64,000 bases of DNA. It comes from Vicugna vicugna (taxonomy: Eukaryota). Numbering within the stretch: position 1 is the stretch's first letter; the number at the start of each line of letters is the position of its first letter. This document shows, one piece after another, positions 36,724 through 51,400 of the stretch. Where the stretch lies: the NCBI GenBank assembly GCA_013265495.1, contig MU058844.1, positions 2,397,520-2,461,519 of the forward strand, written 5' to 3'. Below the pieces are notes generated by a model. That model ran no database searches, was not told the DNA's origin, and worked only from the letters and a program-made list of their open reading frames with translations. The position numbers and the translations under genes were made by a program.

Positions 36724-38584
36724 TCACTTTGTTATTATACACCTGGGGACAGCTACTCTGTCCTGTAATGGAGACACTGACACCTGAGCAAGCAGCACTT
36801 GAAGACCTCAGTGGGTAGATCCTGAAAAGTCAGGTGTTGCATTTTCATAGGTGGTAAAACAGCTATGGTAGCCAGAAGCAAGGAGAGATAGAAAACTTTG
36901 ATGCTGGAGATCTTGGGAAAGAATTGATGACTCTTAATATTTCATTACTTACTCACATGGAAAAGCATTTCTCTAACAAGCATTTGGTGTTGAATTCTAA
37001 GTTCTTATATAAGGCAATATAATTCTGCCATTTATATAAAAAGATCTGTTAAAAACTTTAAGCAAACTGTTTCCTTTTTCATACTGTTAGCACATACTTC
37101 TGTGATCACTCTTTTGTATGTATAAATTAATCACTTACAGCCATACAAAAGGAGTTGACTACAAATTTAAACAGATGTGGTCTAGATTTACATGATGACC
37201 TGTTCAGTGATGCCATTTGAAAGTTTTCTATAAAACTCCACAGTGTATCTTAATTATGTCTTACTTATTCTTATAGTTGCATAAAAGAAATTAATTGACC
37301 AATTATTTTTCACAAATATCATTAGAAAATATCACTAAAATTATATTTCATTCATTCATCATTTATTCATCCCACAAACATTTGTTGAATAATATGTGTC
37401 AAGCACTGTGCAAAGTGCTGAAATAATCAGAAGCTAGTAGAGACTAGTAGAGATTTGTTACTCAATGAAAGCTATGTTATGTTCAAAACAATTTAGGATA
37501 ATGAAATTTCAAATAAATATAATGCATCACTATATAGTTATAATAACAGGGAGTGCTTTCTGGGTTACTTATAATGTTTATATTATCTTCAGAGTTTAGG
37601 GTTCCTCCTGTTAATCCTTAGGTAGTCAATGCAGAAATAATCAAGACATTATCTCCAAATGAATCAAGAAACAGGAGTTTAATAATGGATAGGACACATT
37701 CTCTCAAGAAATGTTGCAGTCATTTGTCAGCAGGTAATTTAATTTCTGTGTTGGGTAGGGAGGGCAGGAGTGAAACTCATTATAAGCAGTTCTCTATATG
37801 TTCCAACAACTAACCTAGATAATTTAATATAATTATGTAATATAATCTTCACAACAATTCCAGATGCTTTATCCTTGTTTTTGTAGGAAACAGATTCAAG
37901 CATACTGAAGGTTGTCAAATTTCATCCAGCTACTGCAAAGCCTTGTCTATCTTCTCTAAGAGACCGTTTGCTTTTCATTTTATCACATTCAGAACCATTC
38001 TGGAGACAATGCTAGAATGATTCAAACACAAAGGATTATTACAGCACCTTAATGTATATTTTGTTTTAGAGTAGTGTTTTCATATACATTACATTTTCTT
38101 TAAAATGACTCATTCTTGGCATTCACATTGATAAAAGTATTTTGGAAAGAATGACGCACTAGAAGAATTCTTTTGATTCCTTCTCAATGGGAGTCAGTTT
38201 AATGTAATTAAAGTTGATTTCAAGACAGAGAAATAAAACTGGGCCCAAGAGCTTAGTGAAAGAAACACCATTGTGCTACACTCCTCAAAGGTTTTGGTGA
38301 GATATTCTGGACTACTTGGTTATTTTCTAGAACTAAACACAAGATACTCAAGTAGTTTTTGAGGTATAACATTTATCACTTACTTCTAGGTCACTCATCA
38401 CAGCATTAATGGGGAGGGGGGTGGTTTAACAGATAGACATCTGTGTTGCAAATAATGACTACAGTAATTCATGACCTTATTTCCTAACGTGTAAACTAAG
38501 TCATCCTAGGGGTAAAATATTCCAACTTCAAGTGTATTACATCTCTACCTTATTAACACTGAAAAGAAAAACTTTTCTATTCCA

Positions 38585-38770
38585 AAATAATTTAAAATTA
38601 TGCATGGAAGTTGAAAAATTGCAGAGTTCCATGTACCCTTCACCTGCCTTTCCTCAATGATAACATCTTACATGATCATGATACAATCAGGAGATATAAT
38701 CAAAATCAGGAGACTGGTCGAAACTACTAACTAAATGATGGACCATATTCATATTTCAACTATTTAGTCT
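38585..38770 (-). mobile_element. L1MC-like 3'UTR fragment
   Basis: cagagttccatgtacccttcacc...ttcctcaatgataacatcttacat...atcaaaatcagga. Confidence 0.65.
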
Positions 38771-40368
38771 TTACTTTAATTACTAATTCATTCCTCTATT
38801 TACTTATTATTGATGCTTCCTTAGGAGAAGTTTTAACTTATGTTTCTGTGGAGTTGTTAATAAGTGTCAATCTTTATATTTACAGTCACAAATTGGGAGT
38901 AGAATAGAAGACCTTTTCTGGGGAGTAAAAGAAAATTCTATGAATTATACTATAGGGAAAAGACACATCTTGTCTTCCCTTATGTGAGCATAGCTAATAT
39001 GGAAACTTACATTTTTAGGCTGGCTTACCCTATTCAAAAGAATAAAAAAAATACAATCCACACTGAATATAATCTAGTTTATGAAACAATTAAAATATAA
39101 AGTATATAACTTATGTTCACATTAAAAGATCATTAAAAGCCAAGCAAGAATTTTTTTATGGAAATTGAAATACCTAAAAGCTGCTGATAGAGGCACTGCT
39201 CAGATTAGGCAGTAAGGCCATGTTATTTACTTATTTTAAGAGAACTTTGTGAGGTGCCTTTGGAAAGACCAGCTCCTCTTGGCTGTTCTCTGATTGGAAC
39301 ACATGGGGCAGAAAATTGGTGCCAGGAGCTTCTAACATTGCAGAGCTTAAATGTCCAGAATTAACTGTAAAATCACCAGTAAGATCATAATTTGCTTTTA
39401 AAGTTCCCTCTCCTGTATTTTAAACTTCTATTTGACTTTATTTTTGATCATTTCTTTTTTGTATTTTCCAATACTAAAAACTATTTAACCTGCAATATTG
39501 AAAGTATATTATTATAAAACAATCATTTAGATTGAAGCCATTCAGTTCCCATCAGTATGATCAATAAAAGGTAGAAACTTCTGTATGTTAAAACATTTCC
39601 AGAGTTGTGGTACATAGCCAAATAATGGTTTAGTTCTGGAAAGATAAGCTTCATAAATCTGTATTTTGACATCCCAGGTCTTGAGCCAAGCAATAATAAT
39701 TTTCAGTAGAAAACCATTTAAATATCTTAGAAGTGTTAAGGTTAGCTCCATAAGCATGTTTGTTCATCAAAAAACTGAATTAATTTCCAATTTTATTTAT
39801 TCAGCATTAAAATTTTAATCTCAACTTGGAGAAGGCTATTTATATTTATAAACTAGAAAAAAAACCTTATAAAGTACATACTACATAATAGAAATTATTG
39901 TAAGCATTTACATAAACAACTCAACCATTCTAAAATATCTCTAAGTATGTATGATTATATTATGTTAATCTTTTCAGATGACTAAACTAAGGTAAAAAGA
40001 AGTTGAAGAAAGGATTCCCATATTATTTGGAAGATTGGATTGGGTGAATCTGTAATCTCTTTCAGCCCTAAGATTCTGCAATCCTACAAAAAATATGCTT
40101 TAACAACCATGAAGAAAGAAGGATGGGAGGAATACTAAATATTACCACACACTTATCCTGTTAGAAACAGATCATCAATTATACTTGCCAATTTATTCAC
40201 AAGAATTTGAAATTATCTCTGTTATCATTTTTTAAATGAGATTTTTGGTATAGTAGTCTCTATAACAACATCTACAATTAAAGAATAGGTATCTCACCTC
40301 AAATTATTTCTCATAAATAATAATTCAATAGAAACATTAAGAGCACAGAGTAGAAAGAGTGAACTTAG

Positions 40369-42036
40369 AATACCCATACTACCCAAAGTTATCCATAGAT
40401 TCAATCCAATTCTTATCAAAATCCTGATGGCATTTTTCACAGAAATGAAAAAAAAAATCCTAAAATTTGTATGAAACCATGAAAGACCTCAAATAACCAA
40501 AGCATTCCTGAGAAAGAACAAAGCTGGATGCATCACACTTCCTGATTTCAAACTACACTACAAAGCTATAATAATCAAAGCTATATGCATAAAAATAGAC
40601 ACACAGACCAACAGAAGAAAATCAAGAGCCAAGAAAGAAATCTCCACATATATAGTCAACTAACATTTGACAAGTGAGCCAGGAATATTCACTAAGGAAA
40701 AGATAGTCTCTTCGATAAATGGTGATGGAAAACCTGGATAACCACAGCCAGAGAAATTAAATTAGACTTGTATCTTACACCACTCACAAAATATTAATTA
40801 TATATGAATTAAAGACTTAAATATAAGACTTTAAACTTTAAAACCCCTACCAGAAAACATAAGGAAAAAGCTTTTCGACATTGGTCTTGACACAATTTTT
40901 TGATACGACATCAAAAGTAAAACTCAATAAATGGGACTTCATCAAGCTAAAAAGCTTCTGCATAGCAAAAGAAACAATCAGCAATATTAAAAAGCAACCT
41001 ACGGAATGTCAGAAAATATTTGCAAATCATATTATCTACAAAAGGGTTAATATCCAAAATATATAAAGAACTCATGCAACTCAATAACAAAGAAACAACC
41101 TGATTAAAAAATGGACAGTGGAATTAAATAGACAATTTTTTTTCCAAAGATGGTCAGCAGGATACATGAAAAGGTGTTCAGGTGCTCACTGTTACTAATC
41201 ATCAAGGAAGCACAAATCACAACCACAAGGAGATATCACTTCTAACCTGTTGGAATGGCTGTCATCAAGATGACAAGAGATAACAATTGTTGGTGAGAAT
41301 GTGGAGAAAAGGGAACCCTTGTGCACCCTTGGTGGGATGGGAATGTGAATTCTCCACAATGGAGAATTTCATATGGAGGTTCCTCAAAAATTTAAAAATA
41401 GAACTATCATACGATCTAGCAATCCCACTTCTGAGTATATGTTCACTGCAATAAATTTATAATAGTCAACGTATGGAAACAACCTAAGAGTATGTCAATG
41501 GATGAATAGAAAAAGAAGATATGGTGTATACAAAATAAAGTATTATTCAGTCATGAGGAAGAAGAAAATCCTGCCATTTAAGATTGCATGGATGGACCTT
41601 GAGAGTATTATGCTAGGTGAAATAAGTTAGAGTAAGACAAATATTGTATGATCTCACTTACACGTGGAATCCAAAAATGCCAATAGAAACAGAGAATAGT
41701 ATGGTGGCAACCAGGAGCTAGATATGGGAAAAATGGGGAGATGTTGGTCAAAGCATATAAACTTCCAGATAGATGATGAATAAGTTCTGGGGATCTAAGA
41801 TACAGCATTGTGAATATAGTTAACATCATATAAATACTTGAAAGTTGCTATGAGAGTAGATCTTAAGTGCTCTCATCACGAAATGGAATTATGTGACACC
41901 GTGGAGGCATTAGCTAAAGCTATAGTGGTAATCATACCGGACTATGTAAGTCTATCAAACCAACAGGTTGTACACCTTAAAGTTATACAATGTTATATAT
42001 CAATTACATCTCAATAAAGTGAGGGAAAAAAGAAAA
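40369..42036 (+). mobile_element. L1MA-type element, 3' ~1.7 kb (decayed ORF2 end, 3'UTR, A tail)
   Basis: ORF 40881-41066 has KLNKWDFIKLKSFCIAKETI..KKQPTE..KIFANH; ends caattacatctcaataaagtgagggaaaaaagaaaa. Confidence 0.95.
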
Positions 42037-45000
42037 TACACATATTATAAATATTAGATTATACGTTTTCAACTATATTGAAAATAATTAAATGAACATT
42101 TGTTAAATTAATATATCCATATGAAATAAACTACATGCACAAAAGAAACAAAACAACAAACCTATGTGTCATCTCAACTCTTATTTTCTGCAAATAATTC
42201 ACTTATCACTCAGCTTTGATATTCTCCTTTATAAAATATAAATAATGACACTAATCTTACAGGGCCATTTTGAGGATGAAAATTAGATAAATGTAAAAAA
42301 AAAAGCTTGACAATTAGTATGGAATGAATTTTATAATCATTCTTACTTGTTAAAAGTTTTAATATAATTAATACTGGATTAAAAAAAACTTACAAATTCA
42401 CATATTTAGAGAGGAATCACTTTTCCAAAATAACACGGAAAATGAATAAAACTTGTCCTCCTGAGTTCTGATTTATAGTTTCAACTGTTAGACTTTTCAA
42501 AATTCTGGTATTTCTGCTGTCTTTTAAGGATGCTTCATTGTATTTATTTCCACTTCTCAACAAGCCCTAGAATTCATCTGGAACATAATGCACATACTTC
42601 TAATCATTCTAGCAGATAAAAATTGGCATTTATTCACTATAAAAACTGGGTATGTTTTGAATTCAAGTTTAAATACAAAAACTTAGAGACGTGGAGGGCA
42701 TTCTGTTTTGGAATATGTTCTTCAAACATTCTTTCCTCTTTTGATTAACTTTGTATTATCCTTTTTAGGTCTCAAATATTTCGACTTGGTTCATGATTTG
42801 TTCCTTTATGCAAATGTTGCAAAGAGAGCTACATTTTAAAAAAAATGATGTCCTGCTAATGAAAGAGAACTCAATATAGAAAAACTGAGGCAATCTTGTG
42901 CAAAGAAATATCGTATGGAAACTTTTCTGTATGTGTTATAATATAGAATTTTTCTGAAAAAAAATTTAATTTAGGGTAAGTTTTAATCTACTAGACTCTA
43001 TAAATCAGGTTGAAGAGATCTTATCTCCAAGTGGGATGAAACATGAAAAGGCTGCCTTCTCTATCCTCCCACATAAAATTTAATATTCTAATAATTAGTT
43101 CCAAAGCAGTATTTCAAAACTAGATTTTAGGCAATAAGAGCTTATGTCAGGGTGCTGTCAATGTCTTCAGTTTTTTAAGAAAAAAAAGTTTGTAGGTAGG
43201 TTGTATAATATTCCAATTTCACTTTTTCCCTTTCATTTAAAAGAATTTCCTTAATGTCTGTTTTCAGTTCAATGAAATTTCTAATTTCTAATTTCAGTCT
43301 TGAAGTTACTCTCTTTTCATTTTTCTTCAGCCATTACCATGTTGTGGATTCATGCAATGCATCACTCTGGAATGCAATCTTTATGAACACATATAAAAGC
43401 CAATATTTTAATTGTTATGTTAGAGAAGAGATGGTCATAAATAATTCTGACTGAACTTGATTGCTGGGTAAACCAGTGAGAGGACTGGAAATAAAAATTC
43501 AAACAGCATTTTCAAGACAGTGTTGTTGGATAGACTAACTGCTTAAGTAGGAAGCTGTACTCAGGAATTTTACAAAAACAGTGCAAACTCAGAAGAAGGT
43601 GCAACTGGGAAAATCATGGGATTGCAGGTTTAGTAAAACAAGTTTTATTTCTGGTTGCACTACTTGTGACTTCAGCCAAGTTACTTAATTAACCTGGGTT
43701 TGTATTATGCCACATATGAAAGCATGGTGTTGGGTTCATAAAACTTTAAAAACACAGCACTAAAATTTATGATACTCTGGTTTAATGCCTCAGCAATAAA
43801 AATTTAAATCAGGTAGTGTTTTCACAAATGAAAGAAAGAAAGGAAACTGAATGATGACTTTTGCTATATAACATATTGCTTGTTTTTTTTATCCTCATTT
43901 TCAGATAGGTAATATTTAGAGAACAGCATCTTATAACTCATTTAGGATCACACATCTAGTAAATTGAGGGACTGTCATTCAAAGTTGGGAATTGCTTCCC
44001 AATACTAATCTCGTTTCATTGTACTGCAGTTACTCTCAGAAGTTTGTGACTATGTTTGTTTTCCAAAAGAAATTAAAATTAGCTTCAATGTCTTCACCTA
44101 TGTTAGAGGGGTGTGTTTGGGTAGTCTGGGGTTAAGTCTTTAGTTTCTCTTTGCGTATTACATTTCTTAAAGATTAGGAAATATATGCTTATTAATAAAT
44201 TTAAGTTGTCTTAAATGGTTTCAGCTAGGTTGACGTTAAGATTTTTACTCCTTAGAATAATAATCTTCACATTTTAAAGACAGTTTAATAATAGAAATTG
44301 CTTACGGGTCTTGTAATAGAGTTGCACAGCAGAATTTCCTAGTATCACATGACAGGAAGTTCAGATTGTATGAAAAGCTCAACAAATAGATCTACTTTAT
44401 AATAATACAAGCTTTTTCAAATTTTGGCAAATTATATATTTTATTCAAGCCTGAGAAAGTGGATACAGATTAAATAGAGCTTCTAAGAAGAATATTATTT
44501 TGTTATATTTTGTTCTCAGGAAGAAAAGGAATTTATTATAACTCTATTATGTGAGGTTTTTACTTCATACAAGGGAAGACTCTTTCAAGAATGTTTCTTA
44601 TTAAGGTTACTTTATTTTCACTTTGCCTTTCTTTGTTTCTGCACTAGGAACCTTGTTAGGAAATTCTTTTGGGGCCATGCCTCATGTCCTGAAGCATTTA
44701 ACGTTCGTAACCTATTTTCTTAGAACTCGCTTTTCATTTCCTGTGCTGAGCAAGTCAGTGCATTTGTGCATATGGTGCAAAATTGACCTTTGATATATAA
44801 AGAACATAATTCAAGAAAGATCAAGCAAGGAGAATTATGGTATACCCTGTAATCTTTTATACACTGAAAAAAGAAGATCTTTAAAAACATTGTGAGAATG
44901 CATACAATTGAACCAAATATATATTTAGGTTCATAGCACATCTTCCCAGCAGATTTATTTATGGATTAGGTTATACTCAATGCCTCATGCCCTTTTTAGG

Positions 45001-45482
45001 TTACTATAAAGACAGATAGCATTATTTTGCATTCTTATTTTTTATATATTCTTCTAGTTATCTTAATTATTATCTGAAGGCAAGAACAATTAAAAAAGTA
45101 ACTTTGTTGCTATTTACTTCTAATATTTTTAGTTTATTCTTCAGTCTGAATATACAAGCATTGCATGTGTGCATTTAAATCTCCTAATTGAAAATAACTT
45201 CACATCATTTTTAATAATAAATATGTTTGTTCATTTGAAACAGCCTAAGAAATATACTAAACATACTAGAATGTAACAAAATTTCTGGCCACTTATCTTT
45301 GTCACATATATTCAATAAAACAAAAAAAACTGAAGGAAAACATTCTTAAGTATCAACACTTACCAGTTTTATTTTAAAATCTGTCTAAGAGTAACATTCA
45401 AATTTTTCATGTGCATTTGGTGCAAAATTACTCAGTTATTCTAAAGTAGAACTTGTAAAAACTGATTTTACAGACTATACTA

Positions 45483-45800
45483 TTTCATTCACTCAACACA
45501 TTTACTGCACATTTATCAATGCTGAACAGTATGCAAGATGTTGCAGGTACAGTATGAATAAGATGTGGTCCTATCCTCAAGACAAGATATAAGTAAATAG
45601 ACAATTAAAACTGATGATTTCTGTGATGGGAGTAAGTATGAAAGGCTACAGGAGCACACAGGAGGCACACCAATCTCATTTGGAGTAATAGAGGAGGCAA
45701 AGAGGAGGAAACAGTATCTCAGCTAAGACCTACAGGTTGAGAAAGAATTAGCCAGATAAAGAGGAATTCTACTGGGCAGGAAAAGCACTCTAAGGCTGTA
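45483..45800 (-). mobile_element. L2 3' end fragment
   Basis: ttcattcactcaacacatttactg...atgaataagatgtggtcctatcctcaag...agctaagacct. Confidence 0.75.
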
Positions 45801-48682
45801 AGAGTTTCTTCAGCTATATATCAATTTCTCTTTCAGATGTCAGCTGATAAATGTCTATCTGGAATGTACCTTGGAGAGCGTAAACAATCCCTCATTTTAT
45901 GGTTAAGACTTGGTCTTGATATGACTTACCTCAAGTGATAGAATAAATTAATGGCCTAATCAAAACTTTGACCCAAGGCTCTTATGAATATCTATTCCCC
46001 TGAAGCTTCCGAGTAAATCCTGACTGCATGACTCCTCCAGCAATTCCTATAAACCTTTAGTACTTTAGATATTGAATTAAGAGTACCCAAAACTTTATTT
46101 TAAATATATGATAAAGTAGTAATTGAAACAAAATTGGCCCTAGTCAGCTTTCTACATTGCCAGAAAAATAGTAACTAATTTTGTAAATTATTTCCCCATT
46201 TTAATAGCTAAATTGCATTCAGCCAACCAAATGATTATGTGACGATCAGCCAATATTATTCCCATTTTTACAATACAAATGCTCCATTATTCAGTTTAAT
46301 TTGGTCATGCTTAATGATAGCCGTGAAATGAAAATCAGTTTAAAAATAAAGGAAAACACAAAATATGTATTAGTTTAATTGCCTAAATTAAATTTCAGTA
46401 GGGAACATATATGGAAGGGACCAGGAGGAAATGAGAATAATAAGCAACGATTTTCTGAAAATGTGAAAATTATCTTAATATATTTTGAAGAGTTGTTTAA
46501 TTTGGAAATTAGGTTTGTTGTTTCTACAGAAGACAATGTGAGACCATGATTTTTGTTTATTTGTAACATTTTAGAATACTATGGGGCAATTTTTATGGTT
46601 TCAAAACATAATAATTTATTATCACTGTCAAAAAAAGCTTTACTACTAATAAGATAGTTGAGGTCACAGAGAAAAAAATCATAATTGATAGTTGAGCCAT
46701 TCTATTAAAAGACAATTATTTCTTGCCACATGTTTAATTTACTACACACATATATTAAGTAAGATGTCAACAGGTGGTTGGTTATACTGACCCCACAAAT
46801 CAAAGGTACAAGATACATAGGATATTATACTGTAGAATTTCCCCCAAGGAATGTAAGTCTATAAAATTGAACACCAAGTAATAAAGCAATGAAAAAGCTA
46901 CCAGATTTAAGTGGAGACAAAATAATCATTCAGTTATCATCCATAAAACCAGTCTAGTGAACCACATATCAAATAGTGAAGGATATTAATTGCTGTCAAT
47001 TTTAATAGAATAAAGAAATATGGCATCTATTATCCAAGAGGAAAAAATAATGTAAATTCGCTAGCCTTCTAATTTTCCTACCACCTACCTAGGATTTTTG
47101 GCCGACTTGAAGACTGATCTGCTTATGTTTTTTCATGGACTGCTTACTATTTATCTTTTCAAGTGTCTTTTATTTTCTTTCACTTTCATATTGAGCAGAA
47201 CTGAGAGAAACAACTCACTACAATAGCTACAAATGAGATTAATAGGGATCAGTGGGATACATTCTGGTGTGTAAAAGTTCTTAATAAGAAAACTTCGTTC
47301 TTTAAGAAATGATTATGTGTATTCCAACATAGAAACTTTAAAAGGAGCTTAAACGTGACATCTGGTGTCCCATAATCCCATGCATTTTAGTATCTGTTCC
47401 AGACTTTTTATCTTTCAGTGAAATATTATTATTAGTTGTTGTATTAAGATAGGATGTGTTGTGTAGATCAACAATATGTGTCTGCAGCTTTGGTCATGGT
47501 CTGATTTAATGGCATGAGATACATATGCAGTGAGCAGAGGTTTTATTTTAACTAGGTTTCTAAGTTAGAGAAAAGTGAAGTAGCTAACATCTCCTTTTCA
47601 AGAACAGTGGTCAGGGTGTGAGTGGATAAATGAAGTACTCTCGTTAATTAAGAGAAGTTTCTCAGTAATTAAGAATTAAGTGACCAGATACAAGTATCTC
47701 CTTCCAGTCTAGCTAGGATTAGTAATTCTTGACTGCGTAGTCCTGCTCAGTACCAACCAGTTTAGCTGTGGCTTCTGTTGTACCCTGTGAGATTCACTAA
47801 GTCACTTGGTCACTAGTCAGTGAAGCCAATGGGAAATGGGAGAAAATTATACTTTTGAATTGAATACTGAATACATGTGCAGATTAGAGGCTGAGCAGTC
47901 CTGTCCTACAGTCTACAAAGAAAAAAGCTTTATGCCCTTGCTACAGTGATTTTCTCAATTTTACTAAATTTACAAATATTTGGTTTTTTGGTTTAGTAAC
48001 ACTTATTTTATAGTAAATTATTTTGGCAACAATGAATGTGAAGTAAACAAAAGTCAATGTCTAGTGAAACGTCTACTGCATTTTAATCTCTCTAGAAAGT
48101 TGATAATAAACATGCAACTCTCATAAAACGTTTGCTGATGTTTACCGTTTACTATGGGAGCCACAGTGATATTGCTGAACACATGAAGACCAGAAACTGC
48201 TATGAAGCCTCAGCATTCTATTTCAAAAGTTAGGAGTTATTTTAAGAACCCAAACAACTTCAGCAAGTATGTTGACAATTTATTTTGTGAAGACTGATTT
48301 TGCATTTAGATCAAATTGCTTACTTTCAATTCCAAGTTCTCTTGTGCACATATGGAAAGTGAAGCAATAGCTGTTATTATGCTAGTTCCAGTAACAGAAT
48401 TCCACAAACACTCAAATGATACAAATTTTATATGTCATCACTTCAAACAGAATACCAAAAAATTAATTCTGGTAAATGTGATATTGTTTTATCCAATTCA
48501 TGTAATTCAAGTAAAGTTTTAGGAAATTCATTAGACTGAAGGTGAAATATGATATTATTTTGAATGCTAATATAAACTCATTTAATACTCAAAATTGAAA
48601 ATGATATTTTTTAGAGGTGACAGTCTAAACACGATTTTAGATGGATCACATTGTGACGCAAAAGTTTTTATTAAGAAAATCT

Positions 48683-48803
48683 GGGGGGGAAGGTATAGTT
48701 CAGTGGTACGAGTCCAAGCTTAGCTAGCACAATCTCCAATGCCGCCACTTCAAAAAAAACTTAAGAAATCTAATTAACTTCCCCCCAAAAAAATTTTTTA
48801 AAA
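48683..48803 (+). mobile_element. Vic-1-like camelid tRNA-derived SINE, internally deleted
   Basis: ggggggaaggtatagttcagtggta head with A box; ctaattaacttcccccc tail; TSD aagaaaatct/aagaaaacct (48673-48682 and 48804-48813) after TT. Confidence 0.85.
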
Positions 48804-49934
48804 AAGAAAACCTAAAAAATAGAAATGTACTTAAAATTTATTGTGTGAATATTTAATTTGTAACTGTGTAAAACTAGCTATAATATATATCAATCCAAAA
48901 AGAAGCTGAAGTGTCAAAATATGACTTATTTTTATACATAGATAGTGAAAGTAACTTTCTTGAAGGGAAGCCAATATTGAATATAAAAGAATTCAGCTTT
49001 ACAGTGTATGCTTTCCGATTTAAATTCCTTTCATCAATTTGATTTTAAACAAACATGAGCTTTTGAAATCTACTTTGTAAATCAACCCATGTGTACTACA
49101 ATAATTTTTAAATTTTTTTGGTATATCATGCCTCTACATTTTGTTTAAAATTTCTTTGAAATCTTTATTAAAGTATTTAATGGAGTGCCAAATAACTTTG
49201 GCATTTAAAGCTTTTATTGAATCAAAGCTTTATTTAAAATAATACCTGCAAACAGGAAAACATTAAAATTTATCCCCACAAAATCAAGGGAGGAACTGAA
49301 CAAATTAGATGATGAGAGCTTACACAGTGTTTAAGATTTAATTTCATAATTGCACTTTATAACAGTTCCACTTGTACAAGTCTCCTTTGATTGCATTCCT
49401 ATTTTTAATTTGATAAATTTATACACTGTAATGGGTGGAACTGAAATTAAGAAGCCTTACAATTTCACAGCACCTATGTTTGTCAAACCAATTAAAATAA
49501 AATTCATCAGATAATCTCTCTATGTTTATCTTGCAGAAATATTTGTCTAAGAAAGGTACTCAATGAGTCAAAAATATAGTACCTATGAAAACTCATGGGC
49601 TAAAATGTTTACTCATTCAATTGAAAAGAAAATAATTAAGAATTGAAAAGAACTTTCATTTCACAGAATTTGTTCTGATCTTGCTAAACAGCTCAGCACC
49701 TATAGAGGAAGTAATTTTGTCAGTTAAAATATAATCTTTAGAAAAGGGTCAATTGAAGATGTTAATTTTGTTTATGATGTCAACCAGTTCTAGTTTAGAT
49801 GATTTGGTCATCCTACTCTGAGAACAGGCTGTACCTTTAAAAGTCTGGAACGCTTCAGCTTTTCCACAGGCAATAATGCTTATTACACTGGTGGGTGTTT
49901 CAGTAGGAGGCATTAATAATCCCGTATCACCCTT

Positions 49935-50150
49935 TTTATGTTGAAGTGCTTTTTATTACACACGTATAGAGGAATGCACAAATTATAACTATGCTGCTAT
50001 GTAAATGTGTACAAAGTGGATATATCTATGTAACTCACATTATAAAAAGAACATAGCTAACATCCTGGAAGCTCCCTGATGTCCCATGTCAGCTACCACA
50101 CTCTTACTCTCAGGGTCACCTATGCTGTAACTTCAAAGAACACAGATGGT
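49935..50150 (-). mobile_element. Old L1 3'UTR fragment
   Basis: ttttatgttgaagtg...aatgcacaaattataa...aagaacatagctaacatcctggaagctccc. Confidence 0.65.
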
Positions 50151-51136
50151 ATCCAGTGGCAGTCACCTTATAGTTGAGAAGCCATTTGAGAAGTACCCTT
50201 AATCTTCAATTGATTATCAATCAATCTTTAATTGATTGCTTTCATAATTCTGGAGAAAAGATTCACATACCAGTGTAAATCTCAATGATAGTATTTTGGT
50301 TTCCACCTGATTGTTGGCTTTGTTCTTTTTGAACAAGGAGAGTTATAAATAAATAAATTAGTCATACAAACAGGCTGTCCTGAAAATATTGATTATATTT
50401 TTTCTGCAAATGCCAAGAATAATTTAGGTGGAACAATTAAATTTAGTTTCAAACCCTTAACAGAGAATCTTCAGAAAAAAAGTAGTTACTCTTATATAAA
50501 GTATATATCAGTATAGATTGGTTATTGGATACCTGGTATGGGATTAATTTGTGATTCAGAGATTTTTTTTTCTTCCATTGTCTTCTGAACAGCAAGGAAT
50601 TTTATTGAAATGGGATCAGTTGTTTTGATATTTATACCTTACCATTATCTATTTTAGCATATTTACCTCTTTAAAATATGAAATTACTTGTTTGAAATCA
50701 TATAAACTTTGTGGAAAAATCAAGTTCTGGAAATGAAGTCTATTTTCTCCATTTCTCTGTCTAAGAGTTATGTTAGAAATACAACAGAGATTAGGAAGAA
50801 ACTACCAGTAATTGATTAAGTATATGGAGAATTCAGCCAATTTAATATTACTTAACATATCAGTTTACATGTCCAAATCACCATATACTTAGTAATATTC
50901 TGCTTCTGCATTTTTAGTAAGTTAATTTCAACTTCTATATTACTGAATAAATTTCAGGAAAATACAAACATATTGAGACATTCTGAAATAAATACAAGTT
51001 ATGAAATAATATAGCATTATATAAAATATTATTTTCCTGATATTTTCATAAGAAATGATGGAGTTTCTGCAAACATGTTTTAGAATAAAATTGAAAAACT
51101 GTAACACATCAAGTCAAACATATTTGGATCTGACAC

Positions 51137-51175
51137 ATAATAGTAATAATAATAATAATAATAACAGCAACAACA
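51137..51175 (+). repeat. (AAT)n/(AAC)n microsatellite
   Basis: Read directly from sequence. Confidence 0.85.
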
Positions 51176-51189
51176 GGAACAAAAAGAAT

Positions 51190-51400
51190 AGTAATTCCCA
51201 GTGCTTCTTGGGGGCTTATCACCTATGTGCTGGGCCTGATGCTCTGATTGCTTTCACACTGACTTATTTTATCCCAGCAAAAATTGATATTCAGGGAAGA
51301 TAAGTACTTGCACAATGATACATAGATGGTAAATATAAGACCTAGAACTGAAGTCAAAGCCATCTAATTTCAATGCCTATCCTTTTAACCACTCTAATCA
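51190..51400 (-). mobile_element. MIR SINE
   Basis: ggcttatcacctatgtgctggg...taagtacttgcacaatgatacatagatggtaaat...cttttaaccact. Confidence 0.65.

Noticed and set aside
35175..42036. The L1(-) and L1(+) pieces as one inverted (twin-primed) element
   Set aside because: They overlap in ORF2 coordinates, have different 3'UTR types and are separated by ~3.6 kb of unrelated sequence.
45364..45440. Minus-strand exon ending at a strong ctg|gtaagt donor
   Set aside because: Stops in all three frames after the nearest plausible acceptor, and very AT-rich; nothing beyond the donor motif.
48683..48730. tRNA gene
   Set aside because: Only a tRNA-like A-box head; no cloverleaf or B box; flanked by TSD and SINE tail.
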